From positions 1 through 36,218 of IMG/VR virus record IMGVR_UViG_3300045988_068382: DNA of 36,218 bases; one strand, 5' to 3'. Positions within the stretch are counted from its first letter, which is position 1. Each line of letters begins with the position of its first letter. Source of the stretch: a virus. The position numbers and the translations under genes were made by a program. Shown here one piece after another: positions 23,236 through 31,909 of this stretch. The notes beneath the pieces were generated by a model that was given only the letters and a program-made list of their open reading frames with translations, was not told where the DNA came from and did not search any database.

Positions 23236-24246
23236 ATGCTGGAGAAGAAACCTTACTGTTCCGCAACAGAACTCGTTGAAAAAATGGAAAGTAAAGGAAT
23301 TACATTTCAAATAATATCAAAAAGCGATGCTGAAAAATATCTAGTAGAAAAAAATAATTTTTTGAGATTATATGCGTATAGAAAAAATTTTCAAAAAGCA
23401 CGATTGGGCGAAAAGAAGGGTAAATATGTAAATCTCGATTTTTTTCATTTGAAAGCACTTGCAATTTTAGACTTGCAGCTTAGAAAGCAGATTTTTGGGA
23501 TTTGCGTCGACATAGAACATTGTCTGAAATTATCTCTTTTGAAAGACTTTGAAACAAGGGAACCAGAAGATGCGTATGCAATCGTCACTATTTTTTTAAA
23601 GAGTAACTCTTATACAGCAAATGACATTTTGCAAAAGGGCATTCAACGAAATGGTTACATAAGTGATTTGCTAGAAAAATACATTACAGAACGTGGGCAT
23701 TTAGATGATGAAGATGACGTGTATTATCACATATTTTACCAGAATGGCAAAGAAAAACAGTATCGTATCGATATGCCAATATGGGTTCTACTTGAATCCA
23801 TTACATTTGGCGGACTAATTCGCTTTTACAAATTTTATTATGAATATTATGAAAAAGATAGTCCCATTCCAATTAGACTGCTAAATAGCATAAAAAGTAT
23901 CCGTAATGCTTGTGCACATAACAATTGCATTTTGCATGATTTATCAAGAAACGAATGTCGCCCCCTTTCATTTGTCCGGACGTTTGTTTCAAAAAAAGGA
24001 TGCTCGAAATCGATGATTCAATCAAGATTGAAATGCCGAACACTGCATGAATTTGCAAGTGTATTGTATCTCGCTAATAAACGGTATGGAAATTCAACAT
24101 TTCTGCCAAAAGATATTTTACATCACGATTTAAAAGAAATACAAAGAGTTCTTGTGCGATTTGAACATAAATATTTAGGTCTGTTCCAGAAAAACGATAT
24201 AATACTTTCAAGTTTTCAATTTTTAAAGAAAATCGTTGACTTTTAA
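23236..24246 (+). CDS. Abi_2 family (AbiD/AbiD1/AbiF-like) abortive-infection protein, HEPN-type
   Basis: Contains LDLQLRKQIFGICVDIEHCLK, MPIWVLLESITFGGLIRFY and IKSIRNACAHNNCILHDL (Rx4H). The island is very AT-rich. Start is uncertain: ATG 23236, or TTG at 23218 or 23185. Confidence 0.85.
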   Translation: MLEKKPYCSATELVEKMESKGITFQIISKSDAEKYLVEKNNFLRLYAYRKNFQKARLGEKKGKYVNLDFFHLKALAILDLQLRKQIFGICVDIEHCLKLSLLKDFETREPEDAYAIVTIFLKSNSYTANDILQKGIQRNGYISDLLEKYITERGHLDDEDDVYYHIFYQNGKEKQYRIDMPIWVLLESITFGGLIRFYKFYYEYYEKDSPIPIRLLNSIKSIRNACAHNNCILHDLSRNECRPLSFVRTFVSKKGCSKSMIQSRLKCRTLHEFASVLYLANKRYGNSTFLPKDILHHDLKEIQRVLVRFEHKYLGLFQKNDIILSSFQFLKKIVDF

Positions 24247-24264
24247 GTGCCGAAGTGGTATAAT
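24236..24264 (+). promoter_or_regulatory. Orphan near-consensus promoter overlapping the Abi stop codon (TTGACT - 17 nt - TATAAT)
   Basis: TTGACT at 24236-24241, a 17-nt spacer ending in GTGg, and TATAAT at 24259-24264. No ORF follows before the terminators. Confidence 0.55.
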
Positions 24265-24270
24265 AATATA

Positions 24271-24334
24271 TGTAATGTAAAAACTAAATCAGTTTTAAAG
24301 GGAGCGGCGTTGCGACGGTGCTCCTGATTTTTTT
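24271..24334 (+). ncRNA. Candidate small RNA or leader of about 65 nt (prediction only)
   Basis: Bounded by the orphan promoter and a hairpin (GGAGCGGCG...CGGTGCTCC, 24301-24324) plus a T7 tract (24328-24334). It also contains the stem AAAACT-aaatc-AGTTTT (24280-24296). Only ATG-TAA mini-frames are present. Confidence 0.3.
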
Positions 24335-24342
24335 ATACAAAC

Positions 24343-24394
24343 AAAAACCCGGCAGTACAACCCAGGAAATTTCCTGCTGTACTGCCGGTTTTTT
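24343..24394. terminator. Strong bidirectional terminator between the Abi island and the lysis genes
   Basis: CCGGCAGTACA (24349-24359) pairs with TGTACTGCCGG (24378-24388), with an inner palindrome CAGGAAATTTCCTG. An A5 run lies upstream and a T6 run downstream. It is positioned 25 nt past the endolysin stop. Confidence 0.8.
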
Positions 24395-24418
24395 GCTTGC
24401 TATTTACTTATACTGCCG

Positions 24419-25450
24419 TCAAACTTCCCGAAAATTGTCCACGCTCACGTATCCGGTGACGTACTTCCCAGCCGGTTTCTTGCCGCAATAGTCCTTGCGT
24501 GTTGTCACGCGATACCGTCCCAGCTTACAAGGTACGCCGTCGTAGATGTAGTACGTTCCGGCGGTCAGTCGGGCAGCCGGCGTGGAGGTAGTTTCATTTG
24601 CGAACAGCGGCACGTTGCTGCCGATGTGCACCGCCTGGCCTTTCGCAAACTTCCCGGATCTGCTGTTGGTATACACCGCCTCCCCACTGGAATCGAAAAC
24701 GGAATACCCTGCCTTGCATGCCTTCTTGGCGTTCTCCAGAGAAGCATATGCGCCGATCTGGCTCTTCATATCGTTCGCGCTCTTTCGGACTCTGTACAGC
24801 TGCGAGGATGTTCCGTTGGATGGCTTTGCAGCAGAAGTGCCATTCAGATAGGCTTGTACCTTTGCCTTGAATGCCGCCCAGTGCGGCAGGATATACGCCG
24901 GGCACATCTTGTAGCTGTTGTGCATAGTGTTCAGCTGATCCACGGTCCCGTTCCGCCCGTCACGGACGTTGAGCCAATGCGTGTGCGTGTACAGGTGGTT
25001 GATGCCCAATCCATGCTGTTTCAGAAGTGCAGCTGCCAGACGTACAGCATTTTCCTCTGCCCGCTTGTCTGCTGCGTCACAGCTGCCATTCATGATGCAC
25101 TCAATGGCGATGGTTCTGCGGTTGCCATTTCCGTTGCCGTCGGCAGCATGCCAGCCGGACAGCGACAGCGGCAGATTCTGCCACGCACAGGTGCTGTCCA
25201 CATAGTAGTGTACCCGCACGGTCTTCATGTTGCCGTTGACAGTCGCACGGGTGTACTGCTCTGCTGGTGTAGTGCCGGCGGCAGTCTTGATGCGGTCAGT
25301 GTTGTGGATCGTCACACCCAGCACCTTGCCTGTCAGCTGTGCTGTCGGCATGTCAATATGGTTAGGATTGTGCCTTGTCAGCAGATACTCCTTGACGTTC
25401 ACACCGCCGAGCGTGGTTGTTTTGTCAGGTGTTAAGATTGCCATAATCAT
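24419..25450 (-). CDS. Endolysin: N-acetylmuramoyl-L-alanine amidase (Amidase_2/PGRP) with C-terminal wall-binding domains
   Basis: 343 aa. Contains GVTIHNT, HYYVD, AIECI and THTHW...CPAY, which are amidase_2-type zinc and catalytic motifs. The C-terminus YRVRKSANDMKSQIGAYASLENAKKA is SPOR-like, followed by an SH3-like tail. The start overlaps the holin stop. Confidence 0.88.
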   Translation of the reverse strand: MIMAILTPDKTTTLGGVNVKEYLLTRHNPNHIDMPTAQLTGKVLGVTIHNTDRIKTAAGTTPAEQYTRATVNGNMKTVRVHYYVDSTCAWQNLPLSLSGWHAADGNGNGNRRTIAIECIMNGSCDAADKRAEENAVRLAAALLKQHGLGINHLYTHTHWLNVRDGRNGTVDQLNTMHNSYKMCPAYILPHWAAFKAKVQAYLNGTSAAKPSNGTSSQLYRVRKSANDMKSQIGAYASLENAKKACKAGYSVFDSSGEAVYTNSRSGKFAKGQAVHIGSNVPLFANETTSTPAARLTAGTYYIYDGVPCKLGRYRVTTRKDYCGKKPAGKYVTGYVSVDNFREV

Positions 25451-25860
25451 TCATCCTTTCCTTTGTTCTGTAACAGTTCGATTGCTTTCGTCAAAATTCC
25501 AGGCAGCGGCACGCCCAGCAGCCCCGCATTTTCCGTGATGGAAATCAGCTCGTTGACGGTAAACGCGATGCACACCGCGTCCCGGATGTACGACGTGCCC
25601 AGGGTAATATCCAGGCGTACCGCCACCAGAACCAGCAGCAGGGAGACGCATTTCTTTGCCAGACCGCGCCAGCCGATCTTGCTGGACAATCTGCCGGTGT
25701 CTGATTTCGGGGACTTGCCGCAGGCTGCCACAGCAAGCCCTGTGATATAGTCTACGCCCATGAACAGCAGCAGCGTGACCAGTGCTGTGTCCCAGCCGCC
25801 GACCAGCCCGGCGATGAAGCTGCCGACAATGCCGGCAATCGTGCAAATGGTTTCTTTCAT
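25447..25860 (-). CDS. Holin (phage_holin_4_1 / TcdE-like)
   Basis: 137 aa with 3-4 TM helices (IAGIVGSFIAGLVGGW, LVTLLLFMGVDYITGLAVAA, VSLLLVLVAV...). RBS is GGAGG. It lies immediately upstream of the amidase. Confidence 0.85.
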   Translation of the reverse strand: MKETICTIAGIVGSFIAGLVGGWDTALVTLLLFMGVDYITGLAVAACGKSPKSDTGRLSSKIGWRGLAKKCVSLLLVLVAVRLDITLGTSYIRDAVCIAFTVNELISITENAGLLGVPLPGILTKAIELLQNKGKDE

Positions 25861-25873
25861 AGTTTCCTCCTAG

Positions 25874-28846
25874 TCAGTCAATAAATCCAGTGATCGTAAA
25901 ATACAGCGTAGAACCAGCGGCGATTTTACTGCCAAGAGCATACACGGATACAAGGTTATCTCCGTTGTAGTTTTCTACGGCAACATATGCCCCCACGCCA
26001 GACGATGACCGCCCTACACCGGAACATCCGACAATTTTGGAAAAGTCAAAGGTCGTTGAAGCGATGTACTGCGGTGCTGGGTATGAGGTAGCAATATCGT
26101 TCTTTAGGACAACACTTCCGGTTATCGTGATCTGTTTGCCGTAGGTGCGATACTTGACGGTGCCGGATTTGGCATAGCCCTCTACGGTCATGGCTACCCA
26201 GCCGGAGTCGGTCAGGGTATCGGCTTCTTTTGCTTTGGCTACAGTGCTACCATCTTTACCAGTCGCTGTAGGCGTAAACGAAGATTCTTTTGTAGAGTTA
26301 TTTGAAAGCGTCATAGTCCAACTGCTTGACGTGCCACAGCTCTCCAGTACTCGAACCTTTATACGCCCCCATTGAATACTACTCTGGTACACATATATTC
26401 CATATTCATTTCCGTTGGTCTTTATTGCGATATGTTTTTCGTCGAATTTGTAACGAGTTTCCCATAAAAGATCATGAATTTTTATACTTGAATTATTATT
26501 ACATCTTAGATGGAACAGAACAATGCCATGCCCTCTACCATAATCACGAACAATACTTAATCTTGCTACACGATCAGCATAACCGGTTAACTTTCCACTA
26601 TAAATCTTGTACCAACCATCAGAATTAGCCTCGTCACTGCCGTAATAGCCAACGTTTCCGATTTGATCTATATCTCTGTGGGCGTGAGATAAAGGTGCAG
26701 CATATCTGCTATAATTTGCGCTATCCAACAGCACCCTTTCACCCTGCCATTTGTCCACACCCGTTTGCTTGTTCCAGTATAAGTCGCCGCTAGATGTCAG
26801 TAATGATCTTAAATAAAAACCATAGCTGGGGCCATCATTCCATCCGTTTCGATGTCTAACAGACAGTATACTGTGCCAAGCACTGTTTTGGTCGAGCCAA
26901 GATCCGATTAGCGATTTTCGTTTCGACAATCCCGTTTTCAATGGCTCTTTTGCAGCTACTGTTGCACCGGCTACGGCTGATGCATAAGTCCCTTGTGCTG
27001 CTCGTTGCGTTCCGACCAATAAATCCACACAATTTGACGCTAGATCAATATCGCCGGTCATCGCCCCGCCAGCCAACGGCAGATATTTCGACAAATCCAT
27101 ATTACTCAACTTTGTCACCAGTGCATCTGTAATCTTATCCAGAGTGGCTTTGTTCGCATGCGTATGCATATTCCCATACGCACTAAGCCACATTGCCCAC
27201 CATTCCATGTCCAGCTTTTCCAGCGTGTCCTTGTTGCTGTGGACATGCGCCTTGTTCACAGTGCCCTTAAAATCGGAATAGTCCTGCACTGTTAGCTTAT
27301 CCAGTACAGCTTTGTTGCTGTGCTCATGTGTTTGTCCATACACTGTCAGCCATGAAACATCATCAATTTTATCCAGCGTTTTCTTGTTATCGTGGGTGTG
27401 TGCTTTGTTTTTGGCACTGTTAATTGCGATCCATTCTGTCTGCGTGATCTGGTCGAGTACTTCCTTGTTATCATGCTCATGGGATTGCCCGTATACAGTC
27501 AGCCACGCTGTTTCATCGATCTTGTCCAGCGTTTCCTTGTTATCGTGGATATGTGCCTTGTTGACAGTCCCTTTGAAGTCCGCGTAATCCTGCTCCGTGA
27601 TTTTATCCAGAACGCCCTTGTTGGAGTGTGTATGAGCCGTTGCATCGGCACCAGAGCCGGCATCTGCAATGCTGCCGCCGCCCTGCCCGCCGCTTCCGCT
27701 TGTGATGCCGCTTTCCTGTGTGCCTACCGTCAGCTTCGCATTTTCAGGTGCCGCGATCGGAATCTCAATTGCGGTTATGGGGAAAAGGCTCTCCGCGGAA
27801 TCCCCCGGCAGCTTTGTCCGTACATAGTCGCCGTGTGTGAAGTGCTCCACGCTTTCGTCGATGTCCGCCAGATCGATGGCTTCCGCACGGATCGTGCTTG
27901 CCGCTTTCCCGTTCTGCCGCAGCCACACTGCCCCCTGATGCGCCAGCGTTCCCGCGTCTGTAATGTCGTCAAAAGTTATAGCCTGCTGTATCAGACCATA
28001 CTTTTCCATGCGGGATTTGCTGTAGACCATGTTTCCGGATTTCACGAGATCGTCCGTTCCGGTCATGTACTGGATCATAAAAGTGGCATCGTCATCGTCC
28101 GCCTTATCTATCGTAAGACGGACTTCGTTATCTCCGCCGCTGTCCTTTCGCTTTCCCAGCGGCACAACGGCAGTCGCAAGTGCGGTACAGTCATATGTCC
28201 AGTCGCAGTTCAGCAGATTTTTGGCATACCGCACGTCCTGAGTACAGGTCCCGTCCGGGATTGCCAGCCAGTCGATATATCCGGCACAGGTATCGCTGCC
28301 GACGTATCGGACACGCAGAATGCCGCCGAATGAATCCAGCAGTTTATCTTGGATTTCTTCCCAGAAAGACGGATACACGCCGTTGGAGCGTGCAATCGTT
28401 CCCTCCGTTCCGTCCTGTGTCATTGCCTTATGTACCGTTACAGTACCCAGTTCGAAGCTTTTCGACTTGTCCCGCAGCTTTTGGTTGTACATTTTGATAT
28501 ACCAGTACAGTACGTCTTTTGGCGTTGCTCCACTGATCGCATAGGAAAAGTGCAGGTCATTCAGCCATGCCAGAGCCCCCTCGCAGTCATACGTGCGTAT
28601 GCCGTACATGTCCTGACTGTATCCTGTAACTTCTCCGTAAAAAAGCAGTTCGCTGTCCCGCCAGATCTTCACGCGGGACACCTTGCATTCGATTTTCCTG
28701 TACAGCGGGTGCTGCGGATAGATCGCAAAGGAAAAGCTGTCCACGCCGTTGACCACAAGCTTTACGTCAGGATCTGTGACGTACTCCATGCCGTTGACAC
28801 TGCCGGTGAAGCACAGCAGCTTCTCATCTACTTTGACCTTATACAC
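25874..28846 (-). CDS. Tail-associated protein (Tal, prophage-tail N-terminal domain) fused to an HxH-repeat fibre and a receptor-binding region
   Basis: 990 aa with a GTG start 8 nt after GAAAGGAGC. It follows Dit, the canonical Tal position. The middle carries seven HxHxNK repeats, and the distal third is compositionally distinct. Confidence 0.8.
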   Translation of the reverse strand: MYKVKVDEKLLCFTGSVNGMEYVTDPDVKLVVNGVDSFSFAIYPQHPLYRKIECKVSRVKIWRDSELLFYGEVTGYSQDMYGIRTYDCEGALAWLNDLHFSYAISGATPKDVLYWYIKMYNQKLRDKSKSFELGTVTVHKAMTQDGTEGTIARSNGVYPSFWEEIQDKLLDSFGGILRVRYVGSDTCAGYIDWLAIPDGTCTQDVRYAKNLLNCDWTYDCTALATAVVPLGKRKDSGGDNEVRLTIDKADDDDATFMIQYMTGTDDLVKSGNMVYSKSRMEKYGLIQQAITFDDITDAGTLAHQGAVWLRQNGKAASTIRAEAIDLADIDESVEHFTHGDYVRTKLPGDSAESLFPITAIEIPIAAPENAKLTVGTQESGITSGSGGQGGGSIADAGSGADATAHTHSNKGVLDKITEQDYADFKGTVNKAHIHDNKETLDKIDETAWLTVYGQSHEHDNKEVLDQITQTEWIAINSAKNKAHTHDNKKTLDKIDDVSWLTVYGQTHEHSNKAVLDKLTVQDYSDFKGTVNKAHVHSNKDTLEKLDMEWWAMWLSAYGNMHTHANKATLDKITDALVTKLSNMDLSKYLPLAGGAMTGDIDLASNCVDLLVGTQRAAQGTYASAVAGATVAAKEPLKTGLSKRKSLIGSWLDQNSAWHSILSVRHRNGWNDGPSYGFYLRSLLTSSGDLYWNKQTGVDKWQGERVLLDSANYSRYAAPLSHAHRDIDQIGNVGYYGSDEANSDGWYKIYSGKLTGYADRVARLSIVRDYGRGHGIVLFHLRCNNNSSIKIHDLLWETRYKFDEKHIAIKTNGNEYGIYVYQSSIQWGRIKVRVLESCGTSSSWTMTLSNNSTKESSFTPTATGKDGSTVAKAKEADTLTDSGWVAMTVEGYAKSGTVKYRTYGKQITITGSVVLKNDIATSYPAPQYIASTTFDFSKIVGCSGVGRSSSGVGAYVAVENYNGDNLVSVYALGSKIAAGSTLYFTITGFID
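27122..27637 (-). repeat. Seven tandem HxHxNK-x2-LDKI-type repeats (aa 404-575 of the Tal/fibre)
   Basis: The motifs are AHTHSNK, AHIHDNK, SHEHDNK, AHTHDNK, THEHSNK, AHVHSNK and MHTHANK, spaced 22-29 aa apart (mostly about 25). Repeated flanks are LDKIT.QDY.DFKGTVNK and LDKID...WLTVYGQ. Repetition is also visible at the DNA level. Confidence 0.85.
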
Positions 28847-28848
28847 TC

Positions 28849-29586
28849 TTACAGGCTCCTTTCTTGCAACTTTATCGTCACTGTCAGATCACCCTCTCCG
28901 ACACAGCAGAACCCGAACTCCTGCGTTGCCCCCGCCGGAATCTCAACGCCGCTGATCGCCGTATCTTTCCCGCTTGGCAGCGATTCGGATTCGTTCAGAA
29001 ACGTGTCGCTGCTGCCGCCCGTGTGCCGTTCCGTTGCCGTGACATAGAAAGCCTTGTCGCCGTTGAACGTCGGCACAGCAGGAGCACCGCCGGTGTTTGT
29101 CACAGAGGCGTGTATCAGGGTGACAGTCGGACTGTCCACTGTGCCCACGCCCTTCCCGACTGTGTGGCCGGAGCAGGTCGCCGTTCTGACCTTGGTCTTG
29201 TACTTATACGGATCGCAGGTCGCCGTCAGCGTGACTTCCCCGATCTGCCCGTCAGGAGAGAGTGCCCCGACAGATACACGCCCCGTGTAGCAGTACTCCC
29301 TGTCATCGTCCAGCACGATCTTCACCCGCCTGCCGTTCAGGGCGTTTTGCAGCTTTGCATACGCCGCATTCAGCCCGTAGCGGTCAGCGGCAAACGTAAA
29401 CTGCATCTTCAGCGTGCGGCTTTTGTACGTCACGCCGCCGAAGTACTCCGTAAAGTCCACAGCCCCGTCTACGCCGGGGATCTCCACCAAGTTTGTGTTT
29501 GGTTCCGCTTCACCGATGCTGTAGGAGTTCAGAAAAAGCTGGTACACGTCATACGAATGCTTCCCGTCAAATTTGATGCCCTTCAT
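28849..29586 (-). CDS. Distal tail protein (Dit; siphovirus tail component)
   Basis: 245 aa. The N-terminus MKGIKFDGKHSYDVYQLFLNSYSIGEAEPNTNLVEIPGVDG is typical of Sipho_tail/Dit. It lies directly after the tape measure gene. Confidence 0.8.
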   Translation of the reverse strand: MKGIKFDGKHSYDVYQLFLNSYSIGEAEPNTNLVEIPGVDGAVDFTEYFGGVTYKSRTLKMQFTFAADRYGLNAAYAKLQNALNGRRVKIVLDDDREYCYTGRVSVGALSPDGQIGEVTLTATCDPYKYKTKVRTATCSGHTVGKGVGTVDSPTVTLIHASVTNTGGAPAVPTFNGDKAFYVTATERHTGGSSDTFLNESESLPSGKDTAISGVEIPAGATQEFGFCCVGEGDLTVTIKLQERSL

Positions 29587-29587
29587 C

Positions 29588-31909
29588 TTATGTCACTCCT
29601 CTCCTTGCTTTGCTTTGCAGGTTGCCAAGTTCACGGTTCATATCAGTGGCGATAAGCTTTGCAAGCGTTCTGCCATTGATCTTGATGTCGTGACCAGATA
29701 CAGCCACCAGTTGCGGAAAGTAGTCCAGTATCGCCGCCAGAATTTCAGACAGCAGCTCCATAACGCCGGCATTTTCGGCACGGACAGCTTCCTGTACATA
29801 GCCTTGCAGCGTGGCAATAGGAGCGACAGCCTCTGCGCCTGCCTCACCACCAATCATGGCGTTACCAGTGCTAGGGTTAACGCCAAAAATGGTCGGCTGG
29901 TTAAGTACAGCACCCTTTGCGTACCACTCAACGCCGATGTGCGGAATGGACGGCGGGTCAAGGGAAAAACTGCCTTCAATGCTAAAATGTGGGAGTTTGA
30001 TGTCTGGCAAATGCCAGTCAAAATCGAATATACCTTTCAGCCAATCCACAACGGCGCCGATGGTCTCTTTTATTCCGCTAAATTTTTCAGACGCAGAATC
30101 AAAAATTCCTTTGAAAGTGTTTTTGAACCCGTCCATAAATCCACTTAAATAGCCGGAGACGGTGTTCCACATACCAGACACAATGCCTAGGATGCCGTTC
30201 CACATCTCGCTAAATCCTTGCTTGATCATGTCTGTATCGCCGGTAAAAATACCAACAAAAACATCAAACAAGCCTTGCAGAAATGAGAAAATGCCGTCTA
30301 TCCATTGCAAAATTCCGTCAATCGCACCCATAAAACCGTTGATAATACCAGATATCTCAGACACAGTTGTGGCAACTGCCGCTCCAATCAATCCGATAAT
30401 TGGTTTAAGCCAGTCTAGTTTGTCCCCGAATCCCTGGAACTTCTCAATCCATCCCGGGACGTGTGCGCTCAGAGTCTCAGAAATCACGGAAATGACAGGT
30501 GTGAATATAGCCGATATAACATTAATGACATCCGCCACAGCCCGGCAAGCTCCGGCGAACAAAGACATTACTGTGGATGCTGCTCCACCGCTTTCCGAAA
30601 ATCCGGATAGCTTTTCTGTGATAGGGGAGATAGCGTCTTTTAGATCGTTCCATGCGCCTTTCAGAGCGTCCATAATTGGCTGGAAAGACTCTTGCACAAA
30701 TGATGCGACAGCCTGTGCTTTTTCCCACCATTCTCCAAGTTTGTCCTTAAATTCGCTTATTTTCGGTGCAATATCCTGGAATTTCTGCCGTGCAATGTCA
30801 GCCCATTCGGAAAGCTTTTGCATAGCCGGATTAACAAACTCTTCCAGAATTGGTTCGCCGACCTCCGCCTTGAATTGCCGCCACTTCTCCGTCAGATTCG
30901 CTTGCACGTTGGCATACTGCGTGGATTCCTTTGCCGCTTGTCCAACGGCGCCGGATGCCTGCATCATGTTCTGTGCATATTCCAGACGTGTAGCCTGTTT
31001 TGTAGCCTCGTCCAGGCTTGCCCATGCTTTGGTTTCGGATATAACGCCTTTTTCCACGGCGTAGGACGCCATCTGCGTATCATTTGCAAATAAGCCGATA
31101 GCCTCACCGCCCTCGTAAGAACCGTTGATAAAGCTATTCAGATGCCCCATAGACTCATCCAGGGACACATCCCAGAACGCTGCTGCATCTGATGCCAGAG
31201 ACAAGCCAGATGCTGCAAGGTCGGTGGCGTCTTCCACCCCAAATCCTAAGCCCTTAAATTTTGCGGTAAGGGAAGTCATGCTGCCGGTCAGACGTGTGGA
31301 CACTACGCCGGTAGAGTTCGCCACTTCCTGCATCTTCTTTTGCGCAGTTCCGGCGTAGTCTCCCATGATTTGGTCAAATGCGGAATTTTCTGCCGAAACT
31401 TCGGCTGCTGCGTCCACAGATTCTTTTCCAAATTTTATAAGCGCACGCCCGGCTTGTGCTGCAAGGTCAATGACCTTTTCCAGACCGCTTGCTATTACAT
31501 TTGAAATAGCGCCTTTCATGACAGAAAATCCGCCCTCTGTATTTTTGGCGCTTTCTCCCAGGTCTTTAACCGACTTTTTCGCCTTTCCGGCGGAATCGTC
31601 AAGATCATTCTGCGTGCGGTCTAATTGATCGGCAGCTCTTTCAGCAGTTTTCAGCTTGTTTTCGTTCTGCTTAAGTTCTGCACTAAGCTTTTCAATACTT
31701 TCGGCGCATTCTTTCGCCTCTTTGGAGTTTTTCCCTTGTGTCAGATAGAGGTCTTTGTATTTGGTTTTCAGCTTGTCAAGCTCTGACTTCTGCTCGCTGA
31801 TCTCTCCTGTCAGAGAATCCAGAGATGCAGATGTTACTTTTACGTCGCTGCTCTTGCCCTTGAAAGCCTTGCTGAATGATTCTCCGATCTTCCCGAACGC
31901 TTTTGACAT
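29588..31909 (-). CDS. Tape measure protein
   Basis: 773 aa, a long helical Ala/Gly/Ser-rich protein with hydrophobic glycine-zipper-like segments (GIFTGD..., IIGLIGAAVATTV). It lies between the chaperones and Dit. Confidence 0.9.
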   Translation of the reverse strand: MSKAFGKIGESFSKAFKGKSSDVKVTSASLDSLTGEISEQKSELDKLKTKYKDLYLTQGKNSKEAKECAESIEKLSAELKQNENKLKTAERAADQLDRTQNDLDDSAGKAKKSVKDLGESAKNTEGGFSVMKGAISNVIASGLEKVIDLAAQAGRALIKFGKESVDAAAEVSAENSAFDQIMGDYAGTAQKKMQEVANSTGVVSTRLTGSMTSLTAKFKGLGFGVEDATDLAASGLSLASDAAAFWDVSLDESMGHLNSFINGSYEGGEAIGLFANDTQMASYAVEKGVISETKAWASLDEATKQATRLEYAQNMMQASGAVGQAAKESTQYANVQANLTEKWRQFKAEVGEPILEEFVNPAMQKLSEWADIARQKFQDIAPKISEFKDKLGEWWEKAQAVASFVQESFQPIMDALKGAWNDLKDAISPITEKLSGFSESGGAASTVMSLFAGACRAVADVINVISAIFTPVISVISETLSAHVPGWIEKFQGFGDKLDWLKPIIGLIGAAVATTVSEISGIINGFMGAIDGILQWIDGIFSFLQGLFDVFVGIFTGDTDMIKQGFSEMWNGILGIVSGMWNTVSGYLSGFMDGFKNTFKGIFDSASEKFSGIKETIGAVVDWLKGIFDFDWHLPDIKLPHFSIEGSFSLDPPSIPHIGVEWYAKGAVLNQPTIFGVNPSTGNAMIGGEAGAEAVAPIATLQGYVQEAVRAENAGVMELLSEILAAILDYFPQLVAVSGHDIKINGRTLAKLIATDMNRELGNLQSKARRGVT

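Noticed and set aside
24626-25435. 269-aa plus-strand ORF opposite the endolysin
   Set aside because: It is a shadow ORF, and the amidase_2 motifs on the minus strand explain the region.
25874-27100. Possibility of a diversity-generating retroelement targeting the fibre C-terminus
   Set aside because: There is no reverse transcriptase gene anywhere in the genome, and I could not see a template-repeat copy of the fibre 3' end.
27122-27637. Periodic DNA repeats that could be mistaken for a CRISPR array or a VNTR
   Set aside because: The repeats are in frame inside a long ORF, imperfect at the DNA level, and conserved at the protein level (HxHxNK). There are no unique spacers or leader, so these are protein repeats.
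27392-31064. Plus-strand ORFs of 230-313 aa opposite the Tal, Dit and tape measure genes
   Set aside because: These are antisense shadows. The minus-strand genes are in canonical order with appropriate lengths and RBSs.
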